Assembly (NCBI GenBank): GCA_013215565.1
Contig: JABSQV010000127.1
Coordinates: forward strand, 2,339-66,338
Length of the DNA stretch: 64,000 bases
Source of the DNA: Myxococcales bacterium
Lineage (GTDB): Bacteria; Myxococcota_A; UBA9160; SZUA-336
Direction: 5' to 3'
The notes under the pieces are model-generated. The model ran no database searches. It had not been told where the DNA came from and was given only the letters and a program-made list of their open reading frames with translations. Positions 36,384 to 46,125 of this stretch are shown in pieces. Numbering within the stretch: the first letter of the stretch is position 1; each line of letters opens with the position of its first letter. The translations under genes and the position numbers were made by a program.

Positions 36384-38084
36384 ATGAAAGATCGCATCGG
36401 AGAGCTGCTCGTCCAGCAGAATCTGCTGTCTTCGGACGATCTCAAGCGGGCACAGAACGAGGCCAGAGCCACCGGGACCCGAGCGGGCGTCCAGCTCACC
36501 AAGCTCGGCCTGATCGACGGCGCCGCGCTCGCCGACTTCATGTCGAAGCAGTACGGCCTTCCCTCCATCGACCTCGCTGACTTCGAGATCGATCCGGAGG
36601 TGATCGAGCTCATCCCCCAGGAGGTCGCGCTCAAGCACCAGGTGATTCCCGTCAACCGCGCGGGCTCGACCTTGATCATCGCGACCGGCGATCCCTCGAA
36701 CATCTTCGCCCTCGACGACATCAAGTTCTTGACCGGCTACAACACCGAGGTGGTGGTCGCGACGGAGCAGGCGATCCACGAGGCCATCGACCGCTACTAC
36801 GACTCGGCCCAAACGCTCGACTCCGTCATGTCGAGCTTCGAAGAAGAAGACTACGAGGTCGTTTCCGAGGAGCAGGGCATCGATGTCGAGGAACTGGCGA
36901 AGTCCACGGAGGAGGCGCCGGTCGTCAAGCTTGCCAACCTGATCCTGACCGACGCAATCAAGAAGAATGCCTCCGACATTCACATAGAGACGTACGAGCG
37001 CGACTTCCGCGTCCGCTATCGAATCGATGGCTTGCTCTACGAAGTGATGCGGCCACCGAGAAGGATGCGAAACGCGCTCACCTCGCGAATCAAGATCATG
37101 GCCAAGCTCGACATCGCCGAGAGGCGGCTCCCGCAGGACGGCCGCATCAAGATGAAGATCGGCCAGAACCGCGTCATGGACTATCGAATCTCGGTCCTGC
37201 CGACCCTGTTCGGGGAGAAGATCGTGCTCCGTCTCCTGGACAAATCGAATCTGCAACTCGACATGACCAGGCTCGGCTTCACCCGTCCGGAGCTCGACCT
37301 ATTCCAGCAGGCGATCCACAAGCCCTTCGGGATGGTTCTGGTGACCGGTCCCACGGGTTCGGGAAAGACCACCACCCTCTACTCCGCGCTCTCGGAGTTG
37401 AACCAGATCAGCGCGAACATCTCGACCGCCGAAGACCCCGTCGAGTTCAACCTCGAAGGAATCAACCAGGTGAACATGAAGGAGGGGATCGGCCTCACCT
37501 TCGCCGCCTCGCTCCGCTCATTTTTGCGCCAGGACCCAGACATCATCATGCTCGGAGAGATCCGCGACTTCGAGACGGCCGAAATTGCAATCAAGGCCGC
37601 GCTCACGGGCCACATGGTGCTCTCGACGCTTCATACCAATGACGCCCCGAGCACCATCACCAGGCTCCTGAACATGGGGATCGAGCCGTTTCTGGTCTCG
37701 AGTGCCGTGATCTGCGTAGTCGCACAGAGACTTGCACGCACGATCTGTACGGCGTGCAGGGAGCGGAATCCTGACGTTTCCGCCAAGCAACTGCTGGAAG
37801 CGGGGCTCAGCCCAGACGAAGTCAAGCGCTGCACACCGATGCGTGGCGTCGGTTGTAGTGCGTGCGCCAATACTGGCTTCAAAGGACGCATCGCCGTTTA
37901 CGAAGTGCTCCCGGTGAGTGATGCAATCCGCGAATACGTGCTGAATGGTGCGACCGCGGTCGAGGTCAAGCAGCAGGCGATTCGAGAGGGGATGAGCACT
38001 CTGCGGAGAAGTGCACTGAACCATCTGCTGAACGGGACGACCACCGTCGACGAGGTCTACCGAGTTTCCGTGTCGGACAATTAG
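36384..38084 (+). CDS. pilB: type IV pilus assembly ATPase PilB
   Basis: GspE/PilB family: N-terminal GSPII domain, Walker A GPTGSGKTTT, Asp/His boxes and a C-terminal tetracysteine. Confidence 0.9.
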   Translation: MKDRIGELLVQQNLLSSDDLKRAQNEARATGTRAGVQLTKLGLIDGAALADFMSKQYGLPSIDLADFEIDPEVIELIPQEVALKHQVIPVNRAGSTLIIATGDPSNIFALDDIKFLTGYNTEVVVATEQAIHEAIDRYYDSAQTLDSVMSSFEEEDYEVVSEEQGIDVEELAKSTEEAPVVKLANLILTDAIKKNASDIHIETYERDFRVRYRIDGLLYEVMRPPRRMRNALTSRIKIMAKLDIAERRLPQDGRIKMKIGQNRVMDYRISVLPTLFGEKIVLRLLDKSNLQLDMTRLGFTRPELDLFQQAIHKPFGMVLVTGPTGSGKTTTLYSALSELNQISANISTAEDPVEFNLEGINQVNMKEGIGLTFAASLRSFLRQDPDIIMLGEIRDFETAEIAIKAALTGHMVLSTLHTNDAPSTITRLLNMGIEPFLVSSAVICVVAQRLARTICTACRERNPDVSAKQLLEAGLSPDEVKRCTPMRGVGCSACANTGFKGRIAVYEVLPVSDAIREYVLNGATAVEVKQQAIREGMSTLRRSALNHLLNGTTTVDEVYRVSVSDN

Positions 38085-38092
38085 GAGCCGCG

Positions 38093-39199
38093 ATGCCCAA
38101 CCTTCACCAGTTGCTCAAGGCCATGATCGACCAGGGGGCGTCAGACCTCCACATCACCGCTGCCTCCGCGCCTCAACTGCGCATCGACGGTCGGCTGGTG
38201 CCCCTCAAGGTACCGGCGCTGAGGCCTCAGGATACCAAACAACTCTGCTACTCGATCCTCACGGACGCGCAGAAGCAGAAGTACGAAGAGTCCAACGAGC
38301 TCGATCTCTCGTTCGGCGTCAAGGGCCTCTCTCGGTTTCGCGGAAATATCTTCATGCAGCGCGGAGCGGTGGCCGGGGCCTTCAGGATGATCCCCTTCGA
38401 GATCCGATCCTGCGAAGAGCTTGGACTGCCGAAAGCCGTGCTCGAGCTCACGAAGCGGCCGCGCGGCCTGATCCTCGTAACCGGCCCGACCGGGAGCGGA
38501 AAGTCGACCACGCTGGCTTCGATGATCGACCAGATCAACACTCGCGAGAACCTCCACATCGTCACGGTGGAGGATCCGATCGAGTACCTCCACCCGCACA
38601 AGAGTTCGCTCATCAATCAGCGCGAGGTCGGCGCGGATACGCAAAGCTTCAGCGCGGCTCTGCGCTACATCCTGCGGCAGGATCCGGACGTCGTGTTGAT
38701 CGGGGAGATGCGAGACCTGGAGACGATCGAAGCTGCGCTGACCATCTCCGAGACCGGCCATCTCTGCTTCGCGACTCTGCACACGAATTCGGCGGTTCAG
38801 ACGATCAACCGGATCGTCGACGTCTTCCCTGCACACGCGCAGTCCCAGATTCGGGCACAACTCTCCTTCAGCCTTGAGGGCGTTCTGTGTCAGACACTGA
38901 TCCCGCGAGCCAATGGCGAGGGACGGGTCCTGGCGCTCGAGGTGATGATTCCGAACGCGGCGATTAGGAATTTGATCCGAGAAGACAAGGTGCACCAACT
39001 CTACTCGCAGATGCAGGTCGGGCAGAGAAAGTTCGGAATGCAGACCATGAATCAGTGTCTGGCCGATCTCTACGTGCGCAAGCTGATTAGCCTGGAACAG
39101 GCGAACGCGAGAACCAGCGATCCCGATGAACTCCACAATCTCATCTCGGACCCGACTGCGGGAGCCCCGAAGCGGCCCGCAGCCGTGATGAAGCGATAA
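38093..39199 (+). CDS. pilT: type IV pilus retraction ATPase PilT
   Basis: PilT family: GASDLHI, GPTGSGKSTT, and the AIRNLIRE motif. Confidence 0.92.
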   Translation: MPNLHQLLKAMIDQGASDLHITAASAPQLRIDGRLVPLKVPALRPQDTKQLCYSILTDAQKQKYEESNELDLSFGVKGLSRFRGNIFMQRGAVAGAFRMIPFEIRSCEELGLPKAVLELTKRPRGLILVTGPTGSGKSTTLASMIDQINTRENLHIVTVEDPIEYLHPHKSSLINQREVGADTQSFSAALRYILRQDPDVVLIGEMRDLETIEAALTISETGHLCFATLHTNSAVQTINRIVDVFPAHAQSQIRAQLSFSLEGVLCQTLIPRANGEGRVLALEVMIPNAAIRNLIREDKVHQLYSQMQVGQRKFGMQTMNQCLADLYVRKLISLEQANARTSDPDELHNLISDPTAGAPKRPAAVMKR

Positions 39200-39217
39200 G
39201 CAGGCCGGAGGACCCCC

Positions 39218-40426
39218 ATGGCAACGTACCAGTGGCAAGGCAGGACACGCTCCGGCGAGACCCGAACGGGCATTCTGGTGGCTGATAGCCAGGCCGCCGC
39301 TACCGCGCAGCTTCGCCAGCAGATGATCATGCCGATGAGCATTCGGCCCAAGCTCAAGGAGCTGCGCGAATACCTGCCCTTTCTGGAGAGTAGGATCAAG
39401 ATCAAGCAGGTCGTCGTTTTTACGCGCCAGTTCGCGACCATGATCGATGCCGGCCTGCCGCTGGTTCAGTGCCTGACCATTCTCGCGAGTCAGCAGGAGA
39501 AGGGGATCTTCAAGCGCACGCTCACAGAAGTGAAGGCAGACGTGGAATCGGGTTCAACCTTCTCCGAAGCGCTGGCCAAGCACCCAAAGGCCTTCGACCG
39601 CCTGTACACGAGCCTCGTAGAGTCGGGCGAGACCGGGGGCATCCTCGATACGATTCTCACCAGACTCGCAAACTACCTCGAAAAGGCCGAGGCCCTGCGT
39701 CGCAAGGTCAAGGGCGCCATGGTGTATCCCGTCTCGGTACTGGTCGTGGCGATCCTGGTCGTCGTGTTGATGCTGATCAAGGTGATCCCGGTGTTCGAGC
39801 AGATGTTCGCCGACTTCGGCGGCGTGCTGCCCGGGCCGACCCAACTGGTGATCGACATCTCGCACTTCCTGCAGGCCTCAATTCACTGGCTGGCGCTCGG
39901 CGCCGTTGCTGCGTTCTTCGGCTTCAGACAGCTGCGCAAGACTGACCAAGGCCGCCTCTGGACCGATGGGTTGGCGTTGAAGATTCCCGTGATCGGCGGG
40001 GTGCTCCGCAAGGTGGCCGTGGCCCGTTTCAGCCGGACGCTCGGAACCATGCTGAGTTCCGGGGTGGCGATCCTGGATGCGCTCGAGATCGTGGCCCGCA
40101 CCGCCGGAAACCTCGTGCTCGAGCGAGCGATCCTGAAGACCAAGGCTTCGATCGCGGAGGGAAAGACGATCGCCGAGCCGCTCGCGGAAACGAAGGTGTT
40201 CCCGGGCATGGTGGTGCAGATGATCTCGGTCGGGGAGCAGACCGGGAACATGGACACGATGCTGCAGAAGATCGCGGATTTCTACGAAGACGAGGTCGAC
40301 GCCGCGGTCGATGCAATGACGGCCATGCTCGAGCCGGCGATGATGGTGGTGCTGGGAGGCACGATCGGTCTGATCCTGATCGCCATGTACCTGCCGATTT
40401 TCAAGATCGCCGACAACATCAACTAG
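39218..40426 (+). CDS. pilC: type IV pilus inner-membrane platform protein PilC
   Basis: GspF/PilC family duplicated domains, 402 aa. Confidence 0.9.
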   Translation: MATYQWQGRTRSGETRTGILVADSQAAATAQLRQQMIMPMSIRPKLKELREYLPFLESRIKIKQVVVFTRQFATMIDAGLPLVQCLTILASQQEKGIFKRTLTEVKADVESGSTFSEALAKHPKAFDRLYTSLVESGETGGILDTILTRLANYLEKAEALRRKVKGAMVYPVSVLVVAILVVVLMLIKVIPVFEQMFADFGGVLPGPTQLVIDISHFLQASIHWLALGAVAAFFGFRQLRKTDQGRLWTDGLALKIPVIGGVLRKVAVARFSRTLGTMLSSGVAILDALEIVARTAGNLVLERAILKTKASIAEGKTIAEPLAETKVFPGMVVQMISVGEQTGNMDTMLQKIADFYEDEVDAAVDAMTAMLEPAMMVVLGGTIGLILIAMYLPIFKIADNIN

Positions 40427-42042
40427 TGGGCCCGGCAGTATCCGCTCCGGTTGGGGCACTCGCCGCCAGACTGGCCGCGATCGCGGGTCTTCTCGGCGCG
40501 GCCGTGGCCATGGACCTCTCCGGCTCGTACCCGCTGTCGGGCGCGCAGTTGACGGCGCTCTACGGCATCGCGGCGGCCGGCTTTGCCGCGGCCCTGGTGG
40601 CCGCGATCGCGTCTGTCCGGGATCGCTTCCGGTTTCCGCTCCCGATCGAACTTGCCACCGACTTCGGACTGGCACTGTCGCTCGTATGCTGCACGGGGGG
40701 CGCCCGCTCTCCCTTTAGCTTCGTCTTCGTGGTCTGGATCGTCTACGCGACGACGCGAGCGGGCCCTCAGGCTGCGGCGAGTTCCGCGTTGCTTTCGACG
40801 CTTGCCCTGGGCGGCATCGCACTGGGCGGCGCCGCGGGCTGGATCGGGGATTCCCAGGGGGGAGACACGCTCTCGCTGCCCGAGGCATTTCGGACTTTTG
40901 GACTCTATACCCTCGCGTTCGCAGCCGTCGGGCTTCTCTCTCACCGACTGGCTCGCGAGGTGTCGAGCGGCCGGACCAAGCTCCGCGAACTCGGAGAGAT
41001 TCACCGTCGCATCTTCGACAGCGTTTCGAGTGGGCTCATGACCGTGAATCCTGACGGGTCGATCAGCTCGTTCAACCGGGAAGCCGAGAAGATCACCGGA
41101 TTTCGGCAGCTGGAAGTCTGGGGAAGAGATGCGGGAAGTGTCTTTCCGGCGCTCGCCGAAGCGATTCGAAAGGCCCGTGACGGGAGCGCGGATCTGCCCC
41201 CGTCGCGGCTGGAAGTCACACTCGAGCGCCGCGGCGGGGAGGTTCGGCAGCTCGGGCTTTCCTGCGCCGTTCTTCGCGACGAGCACGGCGCCGACGCCGG
41301 AAGCGTCCTGATCTTTCAGGACCTGACGGGCGTCCTGGCCATGCAGGAGGAGTTGCAGCGCTCGGAACGGCTTGCCGCGGTCGGACAGCTCGCCGCCGGC
41401 CTGGCCCACGAGATCCGCAACCCGCTCGCCTCGCTCTGGGGCTCGATCGAACTACTTCGCGACGAACTTCCGGAACTGCGGCCGGAGCAGAAGCAGTTGC
41501 TGGAGATCGTCGAGCGGGAGACGGCTCGCCTGAATACGCTGCTGGAGAATTTCCTTTGCTACGCGCGGCCCGGCTCGGTGCGACGGGAGCGAGTGTTGCT
41601 TTACCAGCTGCTGGTCGAGATCCGTGACCTGGCTTCGCGCAGCGGGGAACCGGCGACCCGGGTGGAGCTCGATCTCGACTCCGATCTCTGCCTGCTGGGG
41701 GACCCGACCCAGCTTCGAAGCGTGTTCTGGAACCTGGTGCTGAATGCGATGCAGGCAGAGCCGGTCGATGGAAGCGTGCAGATTCGGGCCTCGCTCGAGT
41801 CCGTCGGCCCCGATTCCGGCCGGTCGCTGAGGATCGAAGTCCAGGACCGGGGACACGGGATCCCGAAGGCGCTGCTCGAGCGCATCTTCGAGCCCTTCTT
41901 CACCACCCGTCCCAAGGGAAACGGGCTGGGGCTGGCGACCGTGCACCGCCTGGTCGAACTCCACGGAGGGAGCCTCGCGGTCGAGAGCGCGGAGGGGACC
42001 GGGACCACCGTTCGGGTTTCGCTGCCCGCTGCCCCGGATTAA
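40426..42042 (+). CDS. pilS: PilS-like membrane sensor histidine kinase (PAS + HisKA + HATPase)
   Basis: Multi-transmembrane N-terminus, PAS, H-box LAHEIRNPL and ATPase G-boxes. Sits between pilC and pilR. Confidence 0.8.
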   Translation: MGPAVSAPVGALAARLAAIAGLLGAAVAMDLSGSYPLSGAQLTALYGIAAAGFAAALVAAIASVRDRFRFPLPIELATDFGLALSLVCCTGGARSPFSFVFVVWIVYATTRAGPQAAASSALLSTLALGGIALGGAAGWIGDSQGGDTLSLPEAFRTFGLYTLAFAAVGLLSHRLAREVSSGRTKLRELGEIHRRIFDSVSSGLMTVNPDGSISSFNREAEKITGFRQLEVWGRDAGSVFPALAEAIRKARDGSADLPPSRLEVTLERRGGEVRQLGLSCAVLRDEHGADAGSVLIFQDLTGVLAMQEELQRSERLAAVGQLAAGLAHEIRNPLASLWGSIELLRDELPELRPEQKQLLEIVERETARLNTLLENFLCYARPGSVRRERVLLYQLLVEIRDLASRSGEPATRVELDLDSDLCLLGDPTQLRSVFWNLVLNAMQAEPVDGSVQIRASLESVGPDSGRSLRIEVQDRGHGIPKALLERIFEPFFTTRPKGNGLGLATVHRLVELHGGSLAVESAEGTGTTVRVSLPAAPD

Positions 42043-42085
42043 GCCCGGGGCCCGGGATGCCGACGAGGTCATCGGGGGGATTCGC

Positions 42086-43465
42086 GTGGGCCGAATTCTA
42101 GTCGTCGACGACGAACGCAGCATGCAGGATTTCCTGGAGATCCTGCTCGCGCGGGACGGTCACGAGGTGGTCACGGTCGGCTCGGCACCTCAGGCGATCG
42201 CGGCGGTCGAAGGCGACGAGTTCGACCTGGTGATCAGCGACATCCGCATGCCGGAAATGAGCGGACTCGAACTCCTCGGCCGGATCGAGGAACTCTCCCC
42301 GGAGACCCCGGTGGTCATGATCACCGCGCACGGGAGCACCGAAACCGCGGTCGAGGCCATGAAGCAGGGGGCCTACGACTATCTGAGCAAGCCGTGTCCG
42401 GTCGACGAGATCCGGCTGGTCGTCCAAAAGGCCCTCGAGAAGCGTGAACTCTCTTCCGAGAACCGCCTGCTTCGCCGCCAACTTCGGGACCAGTTCAGCT
42501 TCCCGTCCATCATCGGAAAAAGCCCCGAGATCGAAGAGGTGTTCGAACTCATCCGCCAGGTCGCGCCAAACCGAACGAACCTGCTGCTGTCGGGCGAGAG
42601 CGGAACCGGCAAGGAACTCGTGGCACGCGCCGTACATGCCAGCAGCGACCGGGCGAGCCGACCCTTCGTGACCGTCAACTGCGGGGCGATTCCCGAAAAT
42701 CTGCTCGAGAGCGAACTCTTCGGCCATGTGAAGGGTTCGTTCACGGGCGCAACCTCGAACAAGGTCGGGATTTTCGAGGTCGCCGATCGAGGAACGCTGC
42801 TGCTCGACGAGGTCGGCGACCTGCCTGCAAGCCTTCAGGTGAAGCTGCTTCGCGCGATCCAGGACAAGAGTTTCCGGCGTGTGGGAGGTACGCGCGACCA
42901 GCAGGTCGACGTGCGCATCATTTCGGCCACGAACCGCAACCTCGACGAGGAGGTCCGGGAGGGCCGCTTTCGGGAGGATCTCTACTACCGGCTGAATGTG
43001 ATCGAGATCCGGATCCCGGCAATACGCGAGCGGCGAACGGACATTCCGCTGCTGGTCCGTCACTTCATCCAGGTCTACGCCGAGACGCTGGGACGCCCGC
43101 TCAGCGGGATCGAACCCGAAGCCCTGGCCGTGCTCGAGCGCTACGACTTTCCGGGCAACGTGCGAGAACTCGAGAACCTGATCGAGCGGGCCGCAACCCT
43201 CTCCCGCGGGACCCGAATCACGCTGGAGAGCCTGCCCCCGCTGGTCCGCAACGCGACCCCTACGGCACCGCCGGCGAGTCTCCAGACTCCAGACGCGGGC
43301 CTCGAGAGGCTGCTCGCGGACTACGAGCGAGGGATCCTGCGCGACGCACTGCGGCGAGCGGATGGAGTCAAGAAGCGCGCGGCGAGGCTGCTCGGGATCA
43401 CCTTCCGTTCCTTCCGCTATCGCTTCGAGAAACTCGACCTCGATCGCGAGGACGACCTCTCCTAG
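42086..43465 (+). CDS. pilR: PilR-like sigma-54-dependent response regulator
   Basis: Receiver + AAA+ (GESGTGKE, GSFTGA) + HTH. GTG start. Sits upstream of pilA, which has a sigma-54 promoter. Confidence 0.85.
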   Translation: MGRILVVDDERSMQDFLEILLARDGHEVVTVGSAPQAIAAVEGDEFDLVISDIRMPEMSGLELLGRIEELSPETPVVMITAHGSTETAVEAMKQGAYDYLSKPCPVDEIRLVVQKALEKRELSSENRLLRRQLRDQFSFPSIIGKSPEIEEVFELIRQVAPNRTNLLLSGESGTGKELVARAVHASSDRASRPFVTVNCGAIPENLLESELFGHVKGSFTGATSNKVGIFEVADRGTLLLDEVGDLPASLQVKLLRAIQDKSFRRVGGTRDQQVDVRIISATNRNLDEEVREGRFREDLYYRLNVIEIRIPAIRERRTDIPLLVRHFIQVYAETLGRPLSGIEPEALAVLERYDFPGNVRELENLIERAATLSRGTRITLESLPPLVRNATPTAPPASLQTPDAGLERLLADYERGILRDALRRADGVKKRAARLLGITFRSFRYRFEKLDLDREDDLS

Positions 43466-43512
43466 CCCGGCTTCCCGGGGACCGGAACCCCCGACCGCGC
43501 GAACTCGCCAGC

Positions 43513-43547
43513 TGACGAAAATCGGCATTCCGGTGACGAAAATTGGC
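43513..43547 (+). promoter_or_regulatory. tandem direct repeat TGACGAAAAT(C/T)GGC x2 (21-bp period), candidate enhancer/UAS for the pilA sigma-54 promoter
   Basis: Two copies at 43513-43526 and 43534-43547, ~100-130 bp upstream of the -24/-12 element. An AT-rich motif in a 70% GC genome. Confidence 0.35.
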
Positions 43548-43642
43548 GCCGGCGCGTGAGCGGCTGGCTTCGGCCGGCGACGCGGGATCCGACGGAACCG
43601 CTGCCGGATCGGGCCGCTGTTCGCAGCGCTGCACGCGGCTGA

Positions 43643-43658
43643 AAAACGGGCCGACCCC
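43643..43658 (+). promoter_or_regulatory. sigma-54 (-24/-12) promoter of pilA
   Basis: cGGCACG-N4-TTGCT fits GG-N10-GC exactly. The -12 GC at 43656-43657 lies ~124 nt upstream of the pilA ATG. Confidence 0.55.
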
Positions 43659-43688
43659 GGCACGGCACTTGCTCAACGGGAGATCCCC

Positions 43689-43723
43689 AACAGGGATCAG
43701 TACCCCCCCAACAGGGATCAGTA
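43689..43723 (+). repeat. perfect 15-bp tandem direct repeat CAACAGGGATCAGTA x2 (20-bp period) flanked by C-runs, in the predicted pilA 5' UTR
   Basis: Copies at 43689-43703 and 43709-43723, between the predicted sigma-54 promoter and the pilA ribosome-binding site. Confidence 0.5.
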
Positions 43724-43780
43724 ACCCCCCGGGAGCGCGGCGCAGGAAGCCCTCGTCCGCATCCGTCATCAGGAGTACGC

Positions 43781-44332
43781 ATGCTCAATATGAAGAAGCG
43801 CGAGGGTTTCACCCTCATCGAGTTGATGATCGTGGTTGCGATCATCGGCATCCTGGCCGCCATCGCCATCCCGAACTTCCTTCGCTTCCAGTTGAAGGCC
43901 CGAAGTTCCGAGGGCAAGGTCAATCTGGCGGCCATCCGGACCGCCGAGACCTCCTACATGTCCGAGTTCGGGCTGTTCATCGCTGCAGCTGGCGCACCCG
44001 GTACGCTCCCCGGCTCTACCAAGGCGGCGTTTCCGGCCGTTGGAAGCGCAGGTGGATTCGACACCATCGGCTGGCGCCCCGAGGGCTATGTGTACTTCCA
44101 GTACGCGGTGGCGCTACCGAGCAGCGGTTCGCCGGGCTTCACGGCCACCGCCCTCGCGGACATCGATGGCGATACCACCAACCAGGAATGGGGCTACGTA
44201 AAAGCCAGTACTGCGCCCATGGCAGTCAGCGCTTGCGTAGTCACCGGGGTCTACAACCCGGTCAGCGCTACGAATGACCTGCTGGACACGGTGGGACCCT
44301 GCAACGCCGTCTCCGGTACCTCCGTATTCTAG
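43781..44332 (+). CDS. pilA: type IVa major pilin PilA
   Basis: Prepilin leader MLNMKKREG|FTLIELMIVVAIIGILAAIAIPNF. The mature N-terminus is identical to M. xanthus PilA. AGGAG ribosome-binding site 5 nt upstream. C-terminal Cys pair. Confidence 0.92.
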   Translation: MLNMKKREGFTLIELMIVVAIIGILAAIAIPNFLRFQLKARSSEGKVNLAAIRTAETSYMSEFGLFIAAAGAPGTLPGSTKAAFPAVGSAGGFDTIGWRPEGYVYFQYAVALPSSGSPGFTATALADIDGDTTNQEWGYVKASTAPMAVSACVVTGVYNPVSATNDLLDTVGPCNAVSGTSVF

Positions 44333-44352
44333 CGAGGTCTCGCTTCAAGATG

Positions 44353-44390
44353 AGTGGGGTCCGGCTTCGGCCGGGCCCCACTTGTTGTTT
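44353..44390 (+). terminator. intrinsic (rho-independent) terminator after pilA
   Basis: 13-bp GC-rich stem (AGUGGGGUCCGGC/GCCGGGCCCCACU, one G-U pair), UUCG tetraloop, followed by UUGUUGUUU. Confidence 0.8.
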
Positions 44391-44479
44391 AAGCCTCCCG
44401 AGCGGGCTCGGCTCGCTCGAGCAAGCACGCGCTCAAGACGCCCGGGAGCCCGTCCGAAAACGCCACCGGAGGGCTCTGC

Positions 44480-45196
44480 ATGCGAATCCGCCCCTGGATC
44501 GTCGACGGGCTGTTGATTCTGAGCTTGGTGGCCGTCGCTTCGGGCATATACCGATTGAACCTGACGCTCGAGTCGCCTAGGGCCGCTGTGGGCCAGCCGG
44601 GCGAGATCGGAGCACTCCCGGACGGACGCGTGCTCCGGGTGCTCGCGCTCGGCTTCGAACGGCTGGTCGCGGACCTGTTCTGGCTGCGCACGGTCGCCTA
44701 CGTCGGCGACGACAACGTGGCTGCTGCGGGCTATCCCTCTGCCGGGGCGCTCGCCGAACTCGTCACCGACATCGATCCCGGGTTCACGAGTGTCTACGTA
44801 CTCATGAACACGCTGCTCGAGTCGCTCTGCGGCGAGCCCGACGCGGCGATCGCGCTGCTCGACAAGGGGCTCCGCCACAACGATTACTGGCGCCTGCACT
44901 TCTTGCAGGGCTTCAACTACTTCTTTCACAAGCACGACTACGCGCGCGCGGCGACCCAGATGCAGCTCGCGGCGGAACGGGGAGGACCGGCCTATCTGCC
45001 GCTGCTCGTGACGCGCCTGTATACGGAAGCCGGGAGCCTCGACACCGCGATTGCGTTCGTGCAGGCACGGCTGGCGCAGGCCTCGACCGCGGAGGAGCGC
45101 GAGATGCTCGAGACGCGCCTGCAGGTCCTCTACCAGGCCCGCGAGAGCGGCGAGACCGACGCACTGCGGCTGCAATTGCCGAAGGGGGAAGCGTGA
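44480..45196 (+). CDS. pilG: PilG-like accessory protein of the PilGHI ABC system (assigned by position; signal/TM N-terminus)
   Basis: 238 aa, N-terminal hydrophobic segment, translationally coupled to the downstream ABC ATPase. Occupies the pilG position of the M. xanthus locus. Confidence 0.5.
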   Translation: MRIRPWIVDGLLILSLVAVASGIYRLNLTLESPRAAVGQPGEIGALPDGRVLRVLALGFERLVADLFWLRTVAYVGDDNVAAAGYPSAGALAELVTDIDPGFTSVYVLMNTLLESLCGEPDAAIALLDKGLRHNDYWRLHFLQGFNYFFHKHDYARAATQMQLAAERGGPAYLPLLVTRLYTEAGSLDTAIAFVQARLAQASTAEEREMLETRLQVLYQARESGETDALRLQLPKGEA

Positions 45197-46125
45197 GCGC
45201 GATTCGCACCCGAGGACTCGCGAAAAGCTTCCGCAGCGGCCTCCGGGCGCGGTCCGTACACGCGCTTCGCGGGATCGACCTCGATGTGCAGGAGGGCGAG
45301 ATCTTCGGCTTTCTCGGACCGAACGGCGCGGGCAAGACCACGGCGATCAAGATCCTCACCGGCCTGATCCGGGCCAGCGCAGGCGAGGCCTGGATCGGGG
45401 AGCTGCCGGTCGCGTCTCCCGAGAGCCGCCGGCGGCTCGGCTTCCTGCCCGAGGGAACCTTCTTTCACGAGTACCTGACCGGGCGCGAATTCTGCGACAT
45501 GCACGCGCGGCTGCTCGGGATTCCTCGCGCCGAACGCGCAGACCGCGTTCAACAGCTGCTGATTCGCGTCGGTCTAGAGAAGTCCGCCGCGGTCCAGATC
45601 CGGCACTACTCGAAGGGCATGCGGCAGCGCGTTGGACTCGCGCAGGCGCTGGTGGGGGATCCCGCGCTGGTGATTCTCGACGAGCCCATGTCGGGACTCG
45701 ATCCGGTCGGGCGGCGCGAGGTGCGGGACCTGATTCTGGGACTGCGGGAGCAGGGCCGAACCGTGTTCTTCTCGTCGCACGTCCTCGCCGACGCCGAGAT
45801 GATCTGCGACCAGGTCGCCGTGATCGTGGCGGGCCGCGTGGTCGAAGCAGGCTACCTGGCGGATCTGCTCGGCGGCCAGGTCGGCGGGGTGGAACTCGTG
45901 GCCGAGGGGATCGGAGAGGAACTCAGTGCCGAACTCTCGCGGGCTGCGCGCCGCTCGGTCGCGCAAGGCGCGCGCCACCTGTTCGAGTTCTCGGGAGAGG
46001 ACACGGCAGAGAAGGCGCTCGACCGCGTCCGCGAGGCGGGCGGGCGCATCGCGAGCCTGGTTCCGACCCGTCGCAGCCTCGAGGATTTGGTGATCGAGCG
46101 CTCGGCTCCGGAGACGGACCGATGA
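45193..46125 (+). CDS. pilH: ABC transporter ATP-binding protein (PilH-like)
   Basis: Walker A GPNGAGKTT, signature LSGGMRQR-like YSKGMRQRVGLA, and Walker B ILDEP. Confidence 0.85.
   Translation: MSAIRTRGLAKSFRSGLRARSVHALRGIDLDVQEGEIFGFLGPNGAGKTTAIKILTGLIRASAGEAWIGELPVASPESRRRLGFLPEGTFFHEYLTGREFCDMHARLLGIPRAERADRVQQLLIRVGLEKSAAVQIRHYSKGMRQRVGLAQALVGDPALVILDEPMSGLDPVGRREVRDLILGLREQGRTVFFSSHVLADAEMICDQVAVIVAGRVVEAGYLADLLGGQVGGVELVAEGIGEELSAELSRAARRSVAQGARHLFEFSGEDTAEKALDRVREAGGRIASLVPTRRSLEDLVIERSAPETDR

Noticed and set aside
42098-43663. 521-aa minus-strand ORF
   Set aside because: Antisense to pilR, which has strong AAA+/HTH homology.
43513-43723. Possible CRISPR array
   Set aside because: Only two copies of each repeat, with 20-21-bp periods and no spacers of CRISPR length. 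No cas genes in the window. Treated as regulatory repeats instead.
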